A stretch of 64,000 bases of DNA from Lophium mytilinum (lineage: Eukaryota), in the NCBI GenBank assembly GCA_010093605.1, contig MU004197.1, positions 124,001 to 188,000 on the forward strand, given 5' to 3'. Under the pieces are notes generated by a model. It was not told the origin of the DNA and did not search any database. It saw nothing but the letters and a program-made list of their open reading frames with translations. Made by a program: the position numbers and the translations under genes. This document shows positions 1 through 11,587 of the stretch, one piece after another. The stretch's first letter is position 1. Every line of letters begins with the position of its first letter.

Positions 1-2458
1 GCCACCATTAGCGGCATCACCGTTGTCCTCAGGCTCTGTCAACTCCCCTGCGTCATCAACTGCGCCTTCAGCCACGCCCATATTGCTCGTCTCGTGAACT
101 GGAGACACAGGTTGCGCAGCATTGAGAGTACTCTGGCTGGGTGGGGTGGTTTGCGCAACACTGTTGCTACCATCAGCGGCATTGTCGTTGTGGTCAGACT
201 CGTCTCCCTGGGGCTGTTCATCGCGAGAAACAGCATGATCGGGATGCTCATCCTCTGCATTGGAGTCCAGGCCTTGATGTAGCCGGTCGTCTTCAGGGGG
301 AAATCCGGAAGAACCGGAATTAGAATTGACCTCGACCGTGTCTTCCTTCTCCGCGGAAGCCCCATGTGACTGTTCCGGGTCGCCAATGTTCTGCTGCGCT
401 GCTCCAAGGTCACCACTATGGCTTGCCTCCATATGGGGGCGCTCGAAGGCGGCCAATGCTTCAGCAACCTGCTGGGAAACCTGCTGGGAAACCTGCTGGG
501 AAATCTGTTGAGCCACGGTAGCACTCAAGAAGGTCTGGAACTCGTGACTGCATAAGCGCTCATCGACAGCAGCCTTGATATCGCGAGCGCGGTTCGCATC
601 AGCTTGCTCAAGAAACGCATCAAGTTGGGCTACTGCAGCATTGGTCTTGGCAAACTCCTCTCCTACCATCTTCCAAGCAGCGTCGAGTTTTTGCTTCTGT
701 TCCAGGTCTTGGGACACGATATCGTCTATCCGCTTGTTTAGTGACAGAGCTGATAGCGACGCTTTCTTGATGTCGGCGCGAAGGGCCGAGATGCACGTCG
801 ACCCACTTGAGACGCTTGTTTCGTTCAACTTGGAGACATTCTCGTTGAGTGACTTTGTGGTATTTTGGAGCTCTTGCATGCCTTTGCGCAGAATGCCAAT
901 CTTGCTGGTGTGGTCGTTAGATTTCTCTTGGAGCGTGTCGACTTCTTCTCGTCCGAACGATGGCCTCGCGATTTGCTTCTTCAGATCTGAGACGTCTTTT
1001 CGGAGTGATGTGAACTTCTTTGACCCTTCCTTGATGCACTTGCGCTCCAAGTCACGGACTTCCCAAGAGATACTGTCCATGCGCGTAGTCATCTTGTTCG
1101 CAGCTTCGGTGGCAGCCTGATCAACTTCCTTGGCAGTCTCATCACCCTTCTTAACCATGTCTTTCGCTTCCGCGACATCAGCTTTAGCCTCCGAAGCATC
1201 CTTTGCCGTCTTCCTGACCAAGGTCTCCAGAGTCTTAAAGGAATTGTGTTCATGCAGGTGATTCTTGTGAATGAAACCCGCGCTGACCTCGCCCAGGTCT
1301 TTCCGGATGGAGCGTTGATGGTCCTCCAAAGAACCGAAGCGGTCGTCTAAGCTAGTAAAGCCACCTATGCCCAGATGGTGTCGGTGTGTTGGGTTTGCGG
1401 CAACGGCGACTTCATCAGCGATTCTTTTGTAGTTCCACTCCTCGTTGCCGTGTAAGAGCTCTTCCACCTCACTTGTCCGTTGTTCCACCTCAGTGATCCG
1501 GTCTTCCACCTCTTCCAGAGTATGTTGTCTTGCCGGGAAAAACTTGGTATGGGGGTCGGCATCGTGCGCGTGCATATGGCGGGATCGGGAAGGTATGTAA
1601 CTGAGGATGCGTCCCAACTCAGCTCTCTTGGCGCGGCGTTCTTGACGGGCCTTCTCACGTTCCAAACGGACCTCTTCGTCTTTGGGGTCGATTTTGCTAT
1701 AGTGTTGTTAGCAATTGCATGCTTCTGTGACGCTTATGAAGTACAGTGACAGGCCGCAAGTCTAGGCACACCAGTACGCCACTGCTTGGGGTACACCCAG
1801 AGGATCTCGAAGACTCAAGGGCAATGTCAAGCTTCAAGCAGTGCAGATTAGACTGCCTCTTGACCAATTGCCTGCTCAGCAGCCAGGGCACTCCTCACGG
1901 TGACGTTGAGTGGTCAAGCTGGAGCCGAGCTGCAATGAGTCCGTGTGCCCAGACTTGTAGCCCAAGACCGTACCACATATCGAAGGGAGTTCCATGGTGA
2001 GTAAATGAATCGGCGGGACTCACCGGGGAGCATAGAGAATCCGTGCGGCGGCTTCGGTACCTGGTCCTCCCTGCGCAATCCGGGCTTCAATCTTTTGAAG
2101 ACAGTCCTCATACTTTTTCTTGTTTGCAACAAGATCCGCCTCAGCGTCTGCAGCTTTCTTCTGTTGTCTGGCTAGTCTCGACTGCAGAACGCGAACATGC
2201 CGTGCCGAGGATTCTTCCGCCCTTTTGACAACGGCGGCAGAGTGAGCAAGCATGGCTTGGAATTCGGGCCTACGCCAGTGTTAGCAAAACGTGTGCGGTG
2301 TACACCTTTGGGTCGATGGACACTTCAAAGAGCTTTGGGGAAGGGGGAGAAAAGGGTCTGTAGACTTACCACATAGCTGAATGAGGTCTTTCCGTGAGGG
2401 GAGAGACGTTTGCAGGTCCGGGACCAGCTTGCCGCTGTCCTGGGAGAGCAGATGCCAT
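1..2458 (-). CDS. G1: array-type coiled-coil/low-complexity protein, 3' end runs off the window (exons 2458-2370, 2269-2024, 1696-<1)
   Basis: ATG at 2458 (MASALPGQRQ...). Introns 2369-2270 (GTAAGT..GCTAAC..TAG) and 2023-1697 (GTGAGT..GCTAAC..TAG) join exons in frame (SAMW|PEF, YAPR|KIDPK). The frame continues to position 1 with heptad-rich segments resembling G3's coiled coil. Family membership is inferred because the C-terminus is not visible. Confidence 0.75.
1780..1960 (-). repeat. Copy of the ~163-bp intergenic repeat family inside G1 intron 2
   Basis: TTAGACTGCCTCTTGAC...GGGCACTCCTCACGGTG...GAGTGGTCAAGCTGGAGC matches the units at 3040-4130. Confidence 0.65.
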
Positions 2459-2924
2459 CTTGCGGGGTGAGCTGACCAAGCTCGGTGAAGTCCAGCAGTT
2501 TCAATAGTCAACAAGGGCACGAAGTAGGAGTGTGCAACACTACAGACGTGATATAGGTTGGTGAGAGATGGATGATTGTGTCGTGCTGGAGAGTGGTGGA
2601 GTCGAAAGAGTCTGTGGGCGGCGACGCAGAGAAGTAAGTGGACGAGACTTGTCGCCAAGAAACGGAGTGGCCAATGAGCGAGAAGCGAGAAGTGAGAAGC
2701 GAGAAGCGTAGTGGCACTTGTTGGAGATGGTGCATGGATTCGAGGCTACGTCATTAAGAACTGCGTTGAGAGGGCGGATATATATATTACGAACTCTGCT
2801 TGTACAGATTCAAAAGCACTGTAACAAGGACAATTTCAATGACGCGATAGCATAATAAGTCTTCGGACACTGGTGGAATTGATTTGTTAAGGCATGGCCA
2901 GAGATCTTGCTCCCTCGACACCGC

Positions 2925-4130
2925 TGTGAGGGGTATTCTGACCACTTGGTAGCTAGTCAGCCAAGAGGCAATCTAATCTTCACCCTAGGGAACTCATTAT
3001 GGCCCTCGAACTCTCGAGATTGACATGACTTCCCCTCTCTCGACTACGTAGTGAGTATCAGGCTACTTTTTGACGGAGGAAGTGCTTGCTAGCTCGGGTC
3101 TCCCTAACAGCGGCAACAATTAGGCAAAGATAGAGCGAAAGAATCGCGATTTCCAGGCGTCTATCTGATGTTATAGTAATATGCATGCAGGAGAGACTGT
3201 AACGGCTACGGAGTTGATATTAGACTGTCTTTTTACGGAGGAAGCACCAGCAAACGGAGGTATCCCTTACAGTGGCGTTGAACAAGCAAGACTGGATACA
3301 AAGCAATACGATATGCATATCTCTATACTAAAATAATAGCAATATACGTGTAGAAGAGGATGCAACTGCTACAGAGTGAATATTAGGCTGTCTTTTGGCG
3401 AGAGAGATCCCCTAAGCTGGGGTCTCCCTTACAGTGGCGTAGACTAAGCAAGAATAGGGATAGAGATCTAAGTGTTTAGATTTCATTCTAATACGCTGTA
3501 TGTAGAATAGGATATAAAGCCCAAGGCGGTGATTATCAGGATACATTTTAACGAAGAATACACCTATGAGCTGGGGTACTCCTCACAGTGGTGTTGATCG
3601 GTCAGGAATGGAATGAAAGCAGTGATATATCCAGTGATCGAGGTCCTGTACCAGTACGGTGTATGCGGAATAGAACGTAAAGGCTAAGGCCGTGAATATC
3701 AAGCTACCTTTCGACGAAGGAAAGATCTACTAGCTGGGGTATTCCTCACAGTGGTGTTGATTGGTTAGGAATGGAGCGAAAGCAATGAATTTTGCAGGTG
3801 TTGAAATTATGTTCCAGCACGGTGCATGCGGGGTAGGATGTAAAATCTAAGGCTCTGGATATTAGGCTACCTTTTGGCAAAGAAAATGTGTGTTTGTTGG
3901 GGCATGCCTTACACTGGTATTGATCAGTTAGTAATGGAGCGAAAGCAGTGATATATTCCAGGTATTGATATTACACTCCAGTGCTGTGCATGCGGAATAG
4001 GATGTAAGAGCTAAGGCAGTGAGTATTAGACTACCTATTGACGAAGGATATACGTCGTTGCGGGGGCAAACCTTACACTGGCATCAATCGAGCAGAATGA
4101 AGCCAGAATAGTGCTATATCTAGGTTCACT
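2925..4130 (-). repeat. Degenerate tandem array, ~7-8 units of ~163 bp
   Basis: Core GGGGTAYYCCTYACAGTGG recurs near 3097, 3258, 3419, 3573, 3736, 3899 and 4062 (spacing about 154-163 bp). Confidence 0.85.
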
Positions 4131-4274
4131 TCACAGTAACGTACCTGCAGGGTCTTTCGTAGGGCCAGGGTCACGAAAGGCGGTATTGTTCTCACGTTCT
4201 TCACGTAGTAGTTTATCAAGAAAAGCTTTCAGATCCATCATTACCAGTCCAGCTAACCCAAACTACTTGCAGCG

Positions 4275-4426
4275 GGCCCGGCACGCAACCCCCGTCTATT
4301 AGGACGGAGGTCTGCCAGCCCTCGCCCCAAACACCTGTATAGTGCGTTGTCTTAACGCGCAGCTGTCAGGCTGCGCATAGTGACTAACACTATACAGGGT
4401 TGAGACGAAGGCTGGTGTGCTTGACC
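4275..4426 (-). promoter_or_regulatory. Class A structured 3'-UTR RNA element of G2
   Basis: mRNA sense: closing stem GGUC-GCAC/GUGC-GGCC, long hairpin CCAGCCUUCGUCUC/GGGGCGAGGGCUGG with inner stem CUGUAUAGUG/CACUAUACAG and loop CUGACA, second hairpin GACCUCCGUC-CUAAUA-GACGGGGGUU. Homologous to 34381-34522 and 48059-48212. Confidence 0.75.
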
Positions 4427-4503
4427 ATGTATGAAAAGAAAAGAAAAGAAAGAAAAAGAAAAGAAAAAGAAACCACTTGCAGAACCTCATTTTCACCCGC
4501 TCA

Positions 4504-7500
4504 TCAGCCGCCCGCCGCCTCGGACCAGTCGCTCACATCGCTCGCCGCGTCGCTCAGCTCGCTCGAATCGCTATCGCTGTCCTCCTCACGAGCCATGAGA
4601 TGGGACTCGTCGCGCTCCTCGACCTCTCGCTGCTCCTCCCTCAGAGCCCTCATCTGAGCATCCCGCTCGCGACGTCGGTCGTGCACAGTCTCAGTCTGAG
4701 AAGAGCTGGCGTCAGGACTTGCTAGGTCCAAGCTGGTAGACGTCTCCGTATCGTTCTCGACGTTCGCAAGGAACGCGCGAGCTGCATTCGCCGCAGCGTC
4801 AGCCGCTTCCTCGGCGTTGTACAGCATACGTATCGCAGAGGGGGTCTTTAGATCTTTCACCGCTTCGTCGAAGACGGTTGGCCATATCTCCTGGGCGTCG
4901 GCCGACAGCTGCTCGTGGGACTCGTTCATCTTCCGCTCCAGCTCAGCCAGCTCCCGCGCCTGTATCTGCTCGGCAAGCTGTTGATCCGCCTGCTCTTGCG
5001 CTGCTTTCTGAGACGCTTCGTTCGCTGCGTGCTTTGTTTGATACGCTTCCTGGTTCTTCCTCGCCTCCTCGCGCTTCTTCAGCAGTATGGTCTTCCGCTT
5101 CTCCCACGGGTGGTTGAGCTCCTTGGCGAGGGGCTGTTGGTACGTGTCCTCCGTCCGCGACTCAACCGGTTGCTTCAGCCAGTGCTTGAAGACAACCCCT
5201 TCTCTCAGAACGCTGAACCTGATCAGCTCATCATGGGTGAACGTCTGGCCATCTCGTCGATTATGCCGCTCAAGCACCCCATAGATCTGCTTCAGCGCGT
5301 CCTCCCGCATCTGCTCCGCGTCGCACGCGAGGTCCTCGTAGTCCCCATCGTCTAGCACCAATCCGGGGATGCAGTTGTAGGCCGTGGCACTCAGGCCACG
5401 CTCTTTCAGAAAGTCCCCCACGGCATCGCGCCACAGGACCTCGTTGCCGCAATCCGTGAAAATTACGCGCTCGATGGTGTGGAGGTAGTCGCCACTGTCT
5501 GCGGAGCGAGAGTAGAACGTCTGCTCCCTCACCGTCGTGAGATCGATGAGGGTGGAGTCGGAGAGGAGGGGGAGTCCGTCTTGGGTGATGTTCTGGTTGT
5601 CGCGGTCGTAGTGGACGATCAGACGGTAGAGGACGTTCTGGCGCTCGAAGATCTGGCCGAGATCGTCCCCATCCCGCATATCCGGTGGAGGTGGCGGGCG
5701 GGTTGGCTGGTTGGCGGGGTCGGTGAAGACCCTAGGGATGAGGCGGGGGTGTAGGACTAGGTAGGTGGATCGGGGTCCCGATATAGACGGCGGAGACGGC
5801 GACGTGTGGGGAGCCTGGATATTGGCAGTTGGCGCCACTCCAACAGTCGCAGCTGGTTGGAAAACAGGCGGGGATTGTGCTGCCATCTGAGGAGCATCGA
5901 CCTGCTCACCCTCATCTGAAGCCTCGGTGACCTCTTCAGCTTCGCCCATAGGCGAATCAGCCCGAGGAACGATAGGCTCTGGAGCAGGGGTAGCAGCCAC
6001 TGGCGTCAATCCGGCAACGCCAACGCGCGGGAAAAGGGCCTCCAGACTCGGGTCAATAGCCGAATTATCGACCGTTCCCTGGTCTCTATCGGGCGTAGGT
6101 GGCTCCCTGCCTTCAGCCATGTTCGAATCTGCGCTGAAGTCAAAGCTATACAGAGGGGCTCTCAATGCCTCTTGAGGTGCGACAAATGGTTGCAACGCAG
6201 GATCAGATCTAGAAGCCTGTGCCGTATCCACCGGATCAGGGCCCCGAGGAGCATCTGCAGCTTCGCCCATCTCGATATTGGCTCCGTAAATGCCGTCTGG
6301 GCGCGCGTTCCACGGATCAATCCGGTCCCCCCTGGGCTCGCTATCCTGCTGGAAAGCGGGAGCAGACGGAGGTGCCATATGAAAGCCGAAATTGGCAGTG
6401 GGAGGATTGAACCCGAAAATTGGGCTGGGTTGCTGTACCGGTTGCTGAGGCACAAAAGGCACTGGAGCTTGCCTAGCCACTACAGGAGAGGGGGATGGAA
6501 CCGTGAAGCTAAAGCTGTCCGCGTTGAACATGTTTGGCTGAAAGCCATTGGAATGGAAAGCATTCGGCGACACCTGTGGATGGAAGGAGGAGAACACAGA
6601 AGCTGGAGTGGTGGACCCGGGCGGTGGGAGTTGCATAGACGGAGAGAAGACCTGCGAGAAGCTCAGGGCGCTGGGGGGACTCGCCGCATGCTGCAGGGGC
6701 GCAAAATTGGCGGGAGCCTGGCTGCGATCTGGAAGCTGAGGCTGGTTGAACACAGGGGGCTGGAAGCTATTCAAGGTATCGGCAGCTGCGCCTAGATCAG
6801 AGCTTGGAAATGGTGCTGCAGTAGCGGGCAGGAGAGTAGGCGCAGGGCCTCCAGACGGCGGTAGGACAACACCAGTAGTGTCAGAGACCAAGGCAGATTC
6901 CGCATGTTCCTGACCAGCGTGATCGATAGCTTCTTCAAATCCAGCGCCTACCAACAGCAGCGTGGCTGAGGGTCCGTCAGCCGAGGGGGGTCCTCCTGAC
7001 GGTGCGATGGTACCGGCAGCGGAGCTAGGCACGAAAGCCAGATCTGGAAGCTCCTGGGCAACAGCCTTGACACCATCGCTTGTATCAGGAGTTGCGGGGA
7101 GTGAAGTGGACGGCGCTGCGTTAGTAGATGGAGGACTTCCTGACGGCGCGATGACCTTGGCAAGAAAGCCAAACACAGAGAACTGATCTGACTGCTCCTG
7201 AACAGCCTGAGAGATAGGCTCGCTTGAATCACCATCTGGTGATGGAGTGGCGGCGGAGGTTGGGATGGAAAATGGAGGTCCTTCAGAAGGTGCAATGACA
7301 GCGTCAGCAGAGTCTGACACGATGGTGAGATCTGAATCCTCTAGGCTATTGACTTTGGCGGCATCGCCAGAATCAGACTCCGGGGACTGAGATTGAGTAG
7401 AGTCCAAAAGAGGAGAGTGAAGGCCGTCGGACGGTGCGATCATAGTGGCAGCGGAACCCGACGCAATGGTGCGATCTGTCTGCTCTTGGCTTCTGGTCTC

Positions 7501-9259
7501 AACTGCACCATTTGAATCAGACTCCGCCGACTGAGATGTGACAGAGTTCGGAGGATGAAATCGAGGACCGTCAGACGGTGTCGTGACTACGATAACAGGC
7601 GCGGAAACCGACACGAGATTTGAACGGTCCTCCATAACCTCCTTGAAGACCGGCTTGGAAACACGACTACTGATTCGGAGCTTGCCGTTGAAGTCCTTCA
7701 CCAAAGCTTTAACGTCGAATCTCGCGCGGCCAGTCTGAAGCGCCATATCCGATGTAGCTTCTCGTAGCATAGACACCGGAGTGGAAGTAGCCACGACCTT
7801 TCCAGAGCGCTGTCCAGTGATGGCTGCTCCGGCACCGCTATCAGGTTCATCAGCCGAGTCATCCGATTCGTCTGAATCGTCGCTGTCAGAACCATTGAAC
7901 TTGAATTCCTTAGGATCGAAGTGGAATTGTGTGCGCTCTCCTTTGTCTGAGATGCGATCCTCTGATTGTGCATCTGAACCGATCCCTTCGTCATCTGTGT
8001 CCCGCCTGGAGCCACTATACCTCTTAAGGTCATTCACAGTGGTTTCCAGATCGAGAACCCGTTGGCTCAACTTTATGTCTTCCCTATTGCGGGCGTCTAG
8101 ATCGATACGCAACATCTTTACAGTACTCTTAGTACTGAACATCTTCTTGTTATCCTCATCCATATGTATTAGAACTGGATGCTTCAACGAGAAATCCATC
8201 TTCTTGAGATAGCCGCTCTTGACACCTTTTAGTTCTGCCAGGAGTTTGGCGTTTTCTTTCGTCAAGTTTTTGACTTCTCCCTCGAGCTCCGCTACGGCAT
8301 TTTCTGCGGCGCCTTGCTTGACACCTTGATCGAAGCTCCGCGTGGTCAAGTTCTTAATCTTCGCTTCCAGCGTTGCAACTTCCGCCTCATGCTGAAGATG
8401 AATAGGCTTGAAAAGTTCTTCGAAGATTTCTTTGATACGATCATCTGTCACGTGGTTTGTAGCTTGGTTGGTGTCTACTGAAGTATCCACCTCGAGCTTG
8501 ATGTAAGATGAAGAATTGGGACCGGTGCGAGCAGAATCATCTTGGAGAGAGTCCAGGGTTCGTACTGGTGGAAGAGGAGGGACAGATTGAGAAGGAGAGG
8601 CTAAGTGAAGGGGATAGACCAAGTGAGGCGAAGATGCCGGGTGAGGAGGATGGGCTAAGAGGTGAGGAGCTTGGACTACATTGGGATCTGCGAGGTGTGC
8701 ATCGCGGTGAAATCGTGCGCGCAAGCCTTTCCAAATGCGGTGCGCACTGAGAGCTAGCAAAACCCCGAGGATGAGGGTGAGAAAGAGCCATAGAAGCTGG
8801 TGAATTATCGAACGCTCTGCCGATGCAGGCGAGAATGTCCGATTTGAGCTCGATGTAAACGTAGAGTTGTCTTGCATAGGAGCTTAGAAAAGAGTGGGTC
8901 AGCGACGTCCTCATCTATACGAAAGTGAAAAGACTTACGCGTATCAGAAGCGGCCTTTACAGAATCCCACGCCTGTTGCTCTGAGATAGTGAGGTAAATC
9001 GGAGGCGGGTTGTACCGGATAGAAGCTTGGAAAAGAGAAGGTCAGCGACGTCCCCATCCATGCGAGAGTGAATAGACTTACGAGTATCAGGTGCAGACTT
9101 GACAGGGTCCGACACCTCGTGCTCCGAGATAGTGAGGTATATCGGGCGCGGATTGTACCAGATAGTAGCTTTACCAGCGTGAACGAGTATCCGCAGGAGG
9201 ACGTCGATGACATTGTAGCCTGTCTGGATGAGGGCATGGGCGGCCATGTTCGTGGCCAT
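4504..9259 (-). CDS. G2: array-family protein, ~1547 aa (N-terminal TM helix, coiled coil, IAPSxG repeats, FxF-rich region, two KIX-like repeats)
   Basis: 1457-aa ORF extended by exons 9259-9082 and 9025-8939 through 56-nt introns 9081-9026 and 8938-8883 (GTAAGT..GCTGAC..AAG), frame preserved. TM segment LLWLFLTLILGVLLALSA. Confidence 0.85.
8883..9165 (-). repeat. Tandem duplication of a 143-nt exon+intron unit in G2
   Basis: Exons encode YNPRPIYLTISEHEVSDPVKSAPDT and YNPPPIYLTISEQQAWDSVKAASDT, each followed by a closely similar 56-nt intron. Confidence 0.85.
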
Positions 9260-9541
9260 TCAGATTCGCCGATGACAACGTGCAGTGCGGTGGATATGCA
9301 GCGCGGACCAGGCGCGATGAGGTACTCAAATCAATGTCTGCTAGACGATGCGCTACAGGATGAGCTGAGGCAACAATAGTGAGACAAAATATGAGTTGAG
9401 GTTGGTGGAGGAGAAGATATTGGTGGAGGAGAGAGGGTTGGTGGAGGACAGAAGGTTGGTGGAGGAAAGAAGGTTGGCGGGGTGCGGCAGAAGAGTTTTA
9501 GAGGTGGTCGCTGGCGGCCAAGGGAGCCGGGCCTGGGGCGA

Positions 9542-9569
9542 CGCCAAGACCTCGCTGTTGATAGTGAAT
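9542..9569 (-). promoter_or_regulatory. Family upstream motif ATTCAC-Nx-TCTTRGCG (G2 copy)
   Basis: + strand CGCCAAGACCTCGCTGTTGATAGTGAAT. Related copies at 19077-19107, 31071-31097, 40882-40903, 47106-47138, 53541-53569, partial at 2653. Confidence 0.55.
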
Positions 9570-11136
9570 GTAACCTGGCCAAAAAGACATGTTGCGAGAT
9601 ACACGTCATCGGCCATACGGGAGACACGGAGTCACGTGTCAAGATGCTTATGCGGCAGTGAAAATGATACCGCTATATTTATCTGTCTTGTTAAGATCCC
9701 TCTAGAGCCACTGGTGTCGCTGCTTGTTGGGGTGCAAGATTTGGCTTTAGCTGGAGATACAGCAACAGCGGGAAGATGAGGAAGACGAAACAAGGCTGGG
9801 TAGGAAGATGGCAAGGGGCTGAGCGACGGCGACATGGTACATTAGTTATAGAGGAAATGGACCAAAGAATGCTAGCCCCTTCGTCAATGATGGTCGCTCC
9901 GGAGCCGCTATCTAGAATTCCATGATCGTCCTCATCGTCTTAGGCATCCTCGGTCCTCGTATAGTCCTCTTCAGGCTTGTCTTGCTTGCCTGCCTAGGCT
10001 CCTGGCCAGCTCCCTTACCTCACCCACAACTCTGTTGTTCTCTCTGATGTACCGGCGCTCTTGACTCTCCGGTTCTTCGTCGTAGCTACGAGACCGAAGC
10101 GCGTGGTTTTGCGCAAGCTCTTCCCTGTGACCAGTGAGATACTTGAAGATTCGCACTATTATCCCAGTGTAACACATTTGCTCCAACTTGATCTCCCCAT
10201 TGATCTCCCCGTTTGCTGCGCTTTGTTCGAAAAGATCCTTTCGAGGAACCATCCGTCAATGTCTTTGCGGGACTCATTTTTGAAATTTGCAAGCGTGCCA
10301 ATACAATATAGTTGGCGCTTGAGACGAGAAAAGGGAAGTTCTCCAGCCATGCCTCACACCCCCAGACATGAGTGAAATTCGGGCAAAGGCAAAGATAGGC
10401 AAGAGACACAAACGTAGGGATAGGGTGGTAGTAATGAGAGGCCTAACATAAATATCTATACCTTTCCTAGCATTGGATCAACTCTACATGTTGGTTTGTG
10501 TCCACCTTTATCGATAAGAACCAGCCAATAAGGTCTAGCCGCTTAATTTAACGATTGGCCAAGAATTGCTTACGTAACAACCCAACACACTAACGTGCGA
10601 AGGAATACGGCAGGACACTAGGATCTTTTACGAATGCACGTTTTTCTCCGACCATTATTCCATCCCTGCTAGGTGCTACATTTTCTGAACTCGAAGCAGT
10701 AGATATCTGGAACTGTTTTGCCTAACTAAGGGCGTGCTGGCTGTGGCACCCCTAACAGCGGTGTCAATTATGCAAGAGTAGAGCCCGGGCAGTGAGATGT
10801 CTGTGGGCCCCAATATAAGGTATAGTACTATACTGGATCCGCACCATTAGTGAAGGGTAATTACGCAGCAGCATCGATAGCAGTCGAACAGCGCTAGTCA
10901 AGTCACATACTCAGCATTGCACCGTGGTGTTTTTATTTGTTTTTGTATTTTCTCATCCTCTAGAATACTGGGGCCTCCCAGACACCGCTCAACCCCGTCC
11001 ATCAGGACAGACACCCCATGACCATATGCAGTATGCCCATCGCAAAACACCAATATCTGCTTGCAAATTCAAACGCACCCAACTCGCACTCCAAATCGCA
11101 CCTGAGACTCAGCCACCGAAACCCAAAACTATAAGA

Positions 11137-11395
11137 CAAACCCGAACACCGGCTAGCCAGAGCACCGGGGAATACAAGAAATCTTCTTCTGCAAGAGGTG
11201 TCCGCAGTACTGCGTTCAAAACCTCTCATAGTATCGGAACTCCAAGTTTCCCCATTTTTGATTTTGTGGTGTAGTGTCCGGAATGCCACAACCCCTTCCT
11301 CTCCGAGTGATGTCCGCAACATTGCGTTCAAAATCGCTTGAAGAGTCAGGAGTCTGCCGGACGGTTGGCATATGTTGGGTGTAGGTGTTGGGGAT
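11137..11395 (-). promoter_or_regulatory. Class B structured 3'-UTR RNA element of G3
   Basis: Closing CCCCAACACC/GGUGUUCGGG, stem GUCCGG/CCGGAC, and two UUUUGAACGCA-N3/4-UGCGGAC hairpins. Preceded in mRNA sense by an A-rich tract (11413-11510). Confidence 0.7.
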
Positions 11396-11587
11396 TATTA
11401 GTCTTCTAGGCTCTTTTTTGTTTTGTTTTTTTGTTGTTTTTTACTTTTTGTCAGTTGTTTTTGTTTTTTTTTGTTTTTTGTTCTGTTTTTGTTGTTTGTT
11501 TCGTTTTTGGTGGTGTGTGTTGGGCTGCGCAATCGCATAATTCTCTCCATCGCCCTCGGAGCACTACATTCGGCCCCGCTTCTTCGT

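Noticed and set aside
2925..4130. CRISPR array or ankyrin-coding repeat
   Set aside because: Whole units are homologous with no unique spacers, the context is eukaryotic, the period is not a multiple of 3 and there is no ORF.
4275..4426. Class A element as a hammerhead or HDV-like ribozyme
   Set aside because: CUGAUA lies in a closed hairpin loop, with no CUGANGA/GAAA junction core and no nested pseudoknot visible.
4275..4472. Class A element plus A-rich tail on + as a SINE insertion
   Set aside because: No A/B boxes or target-site duplications seen. G-U polarity favours the minus strand and the position is fixed after stop codons. Not fully excluded.
9971..10409. Small minus-strand ORFs between G2 and G3
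   Set aside because: Short overlapping frames with no recognisable homology or convincing splice model. Could be an orphan gene or a relic.
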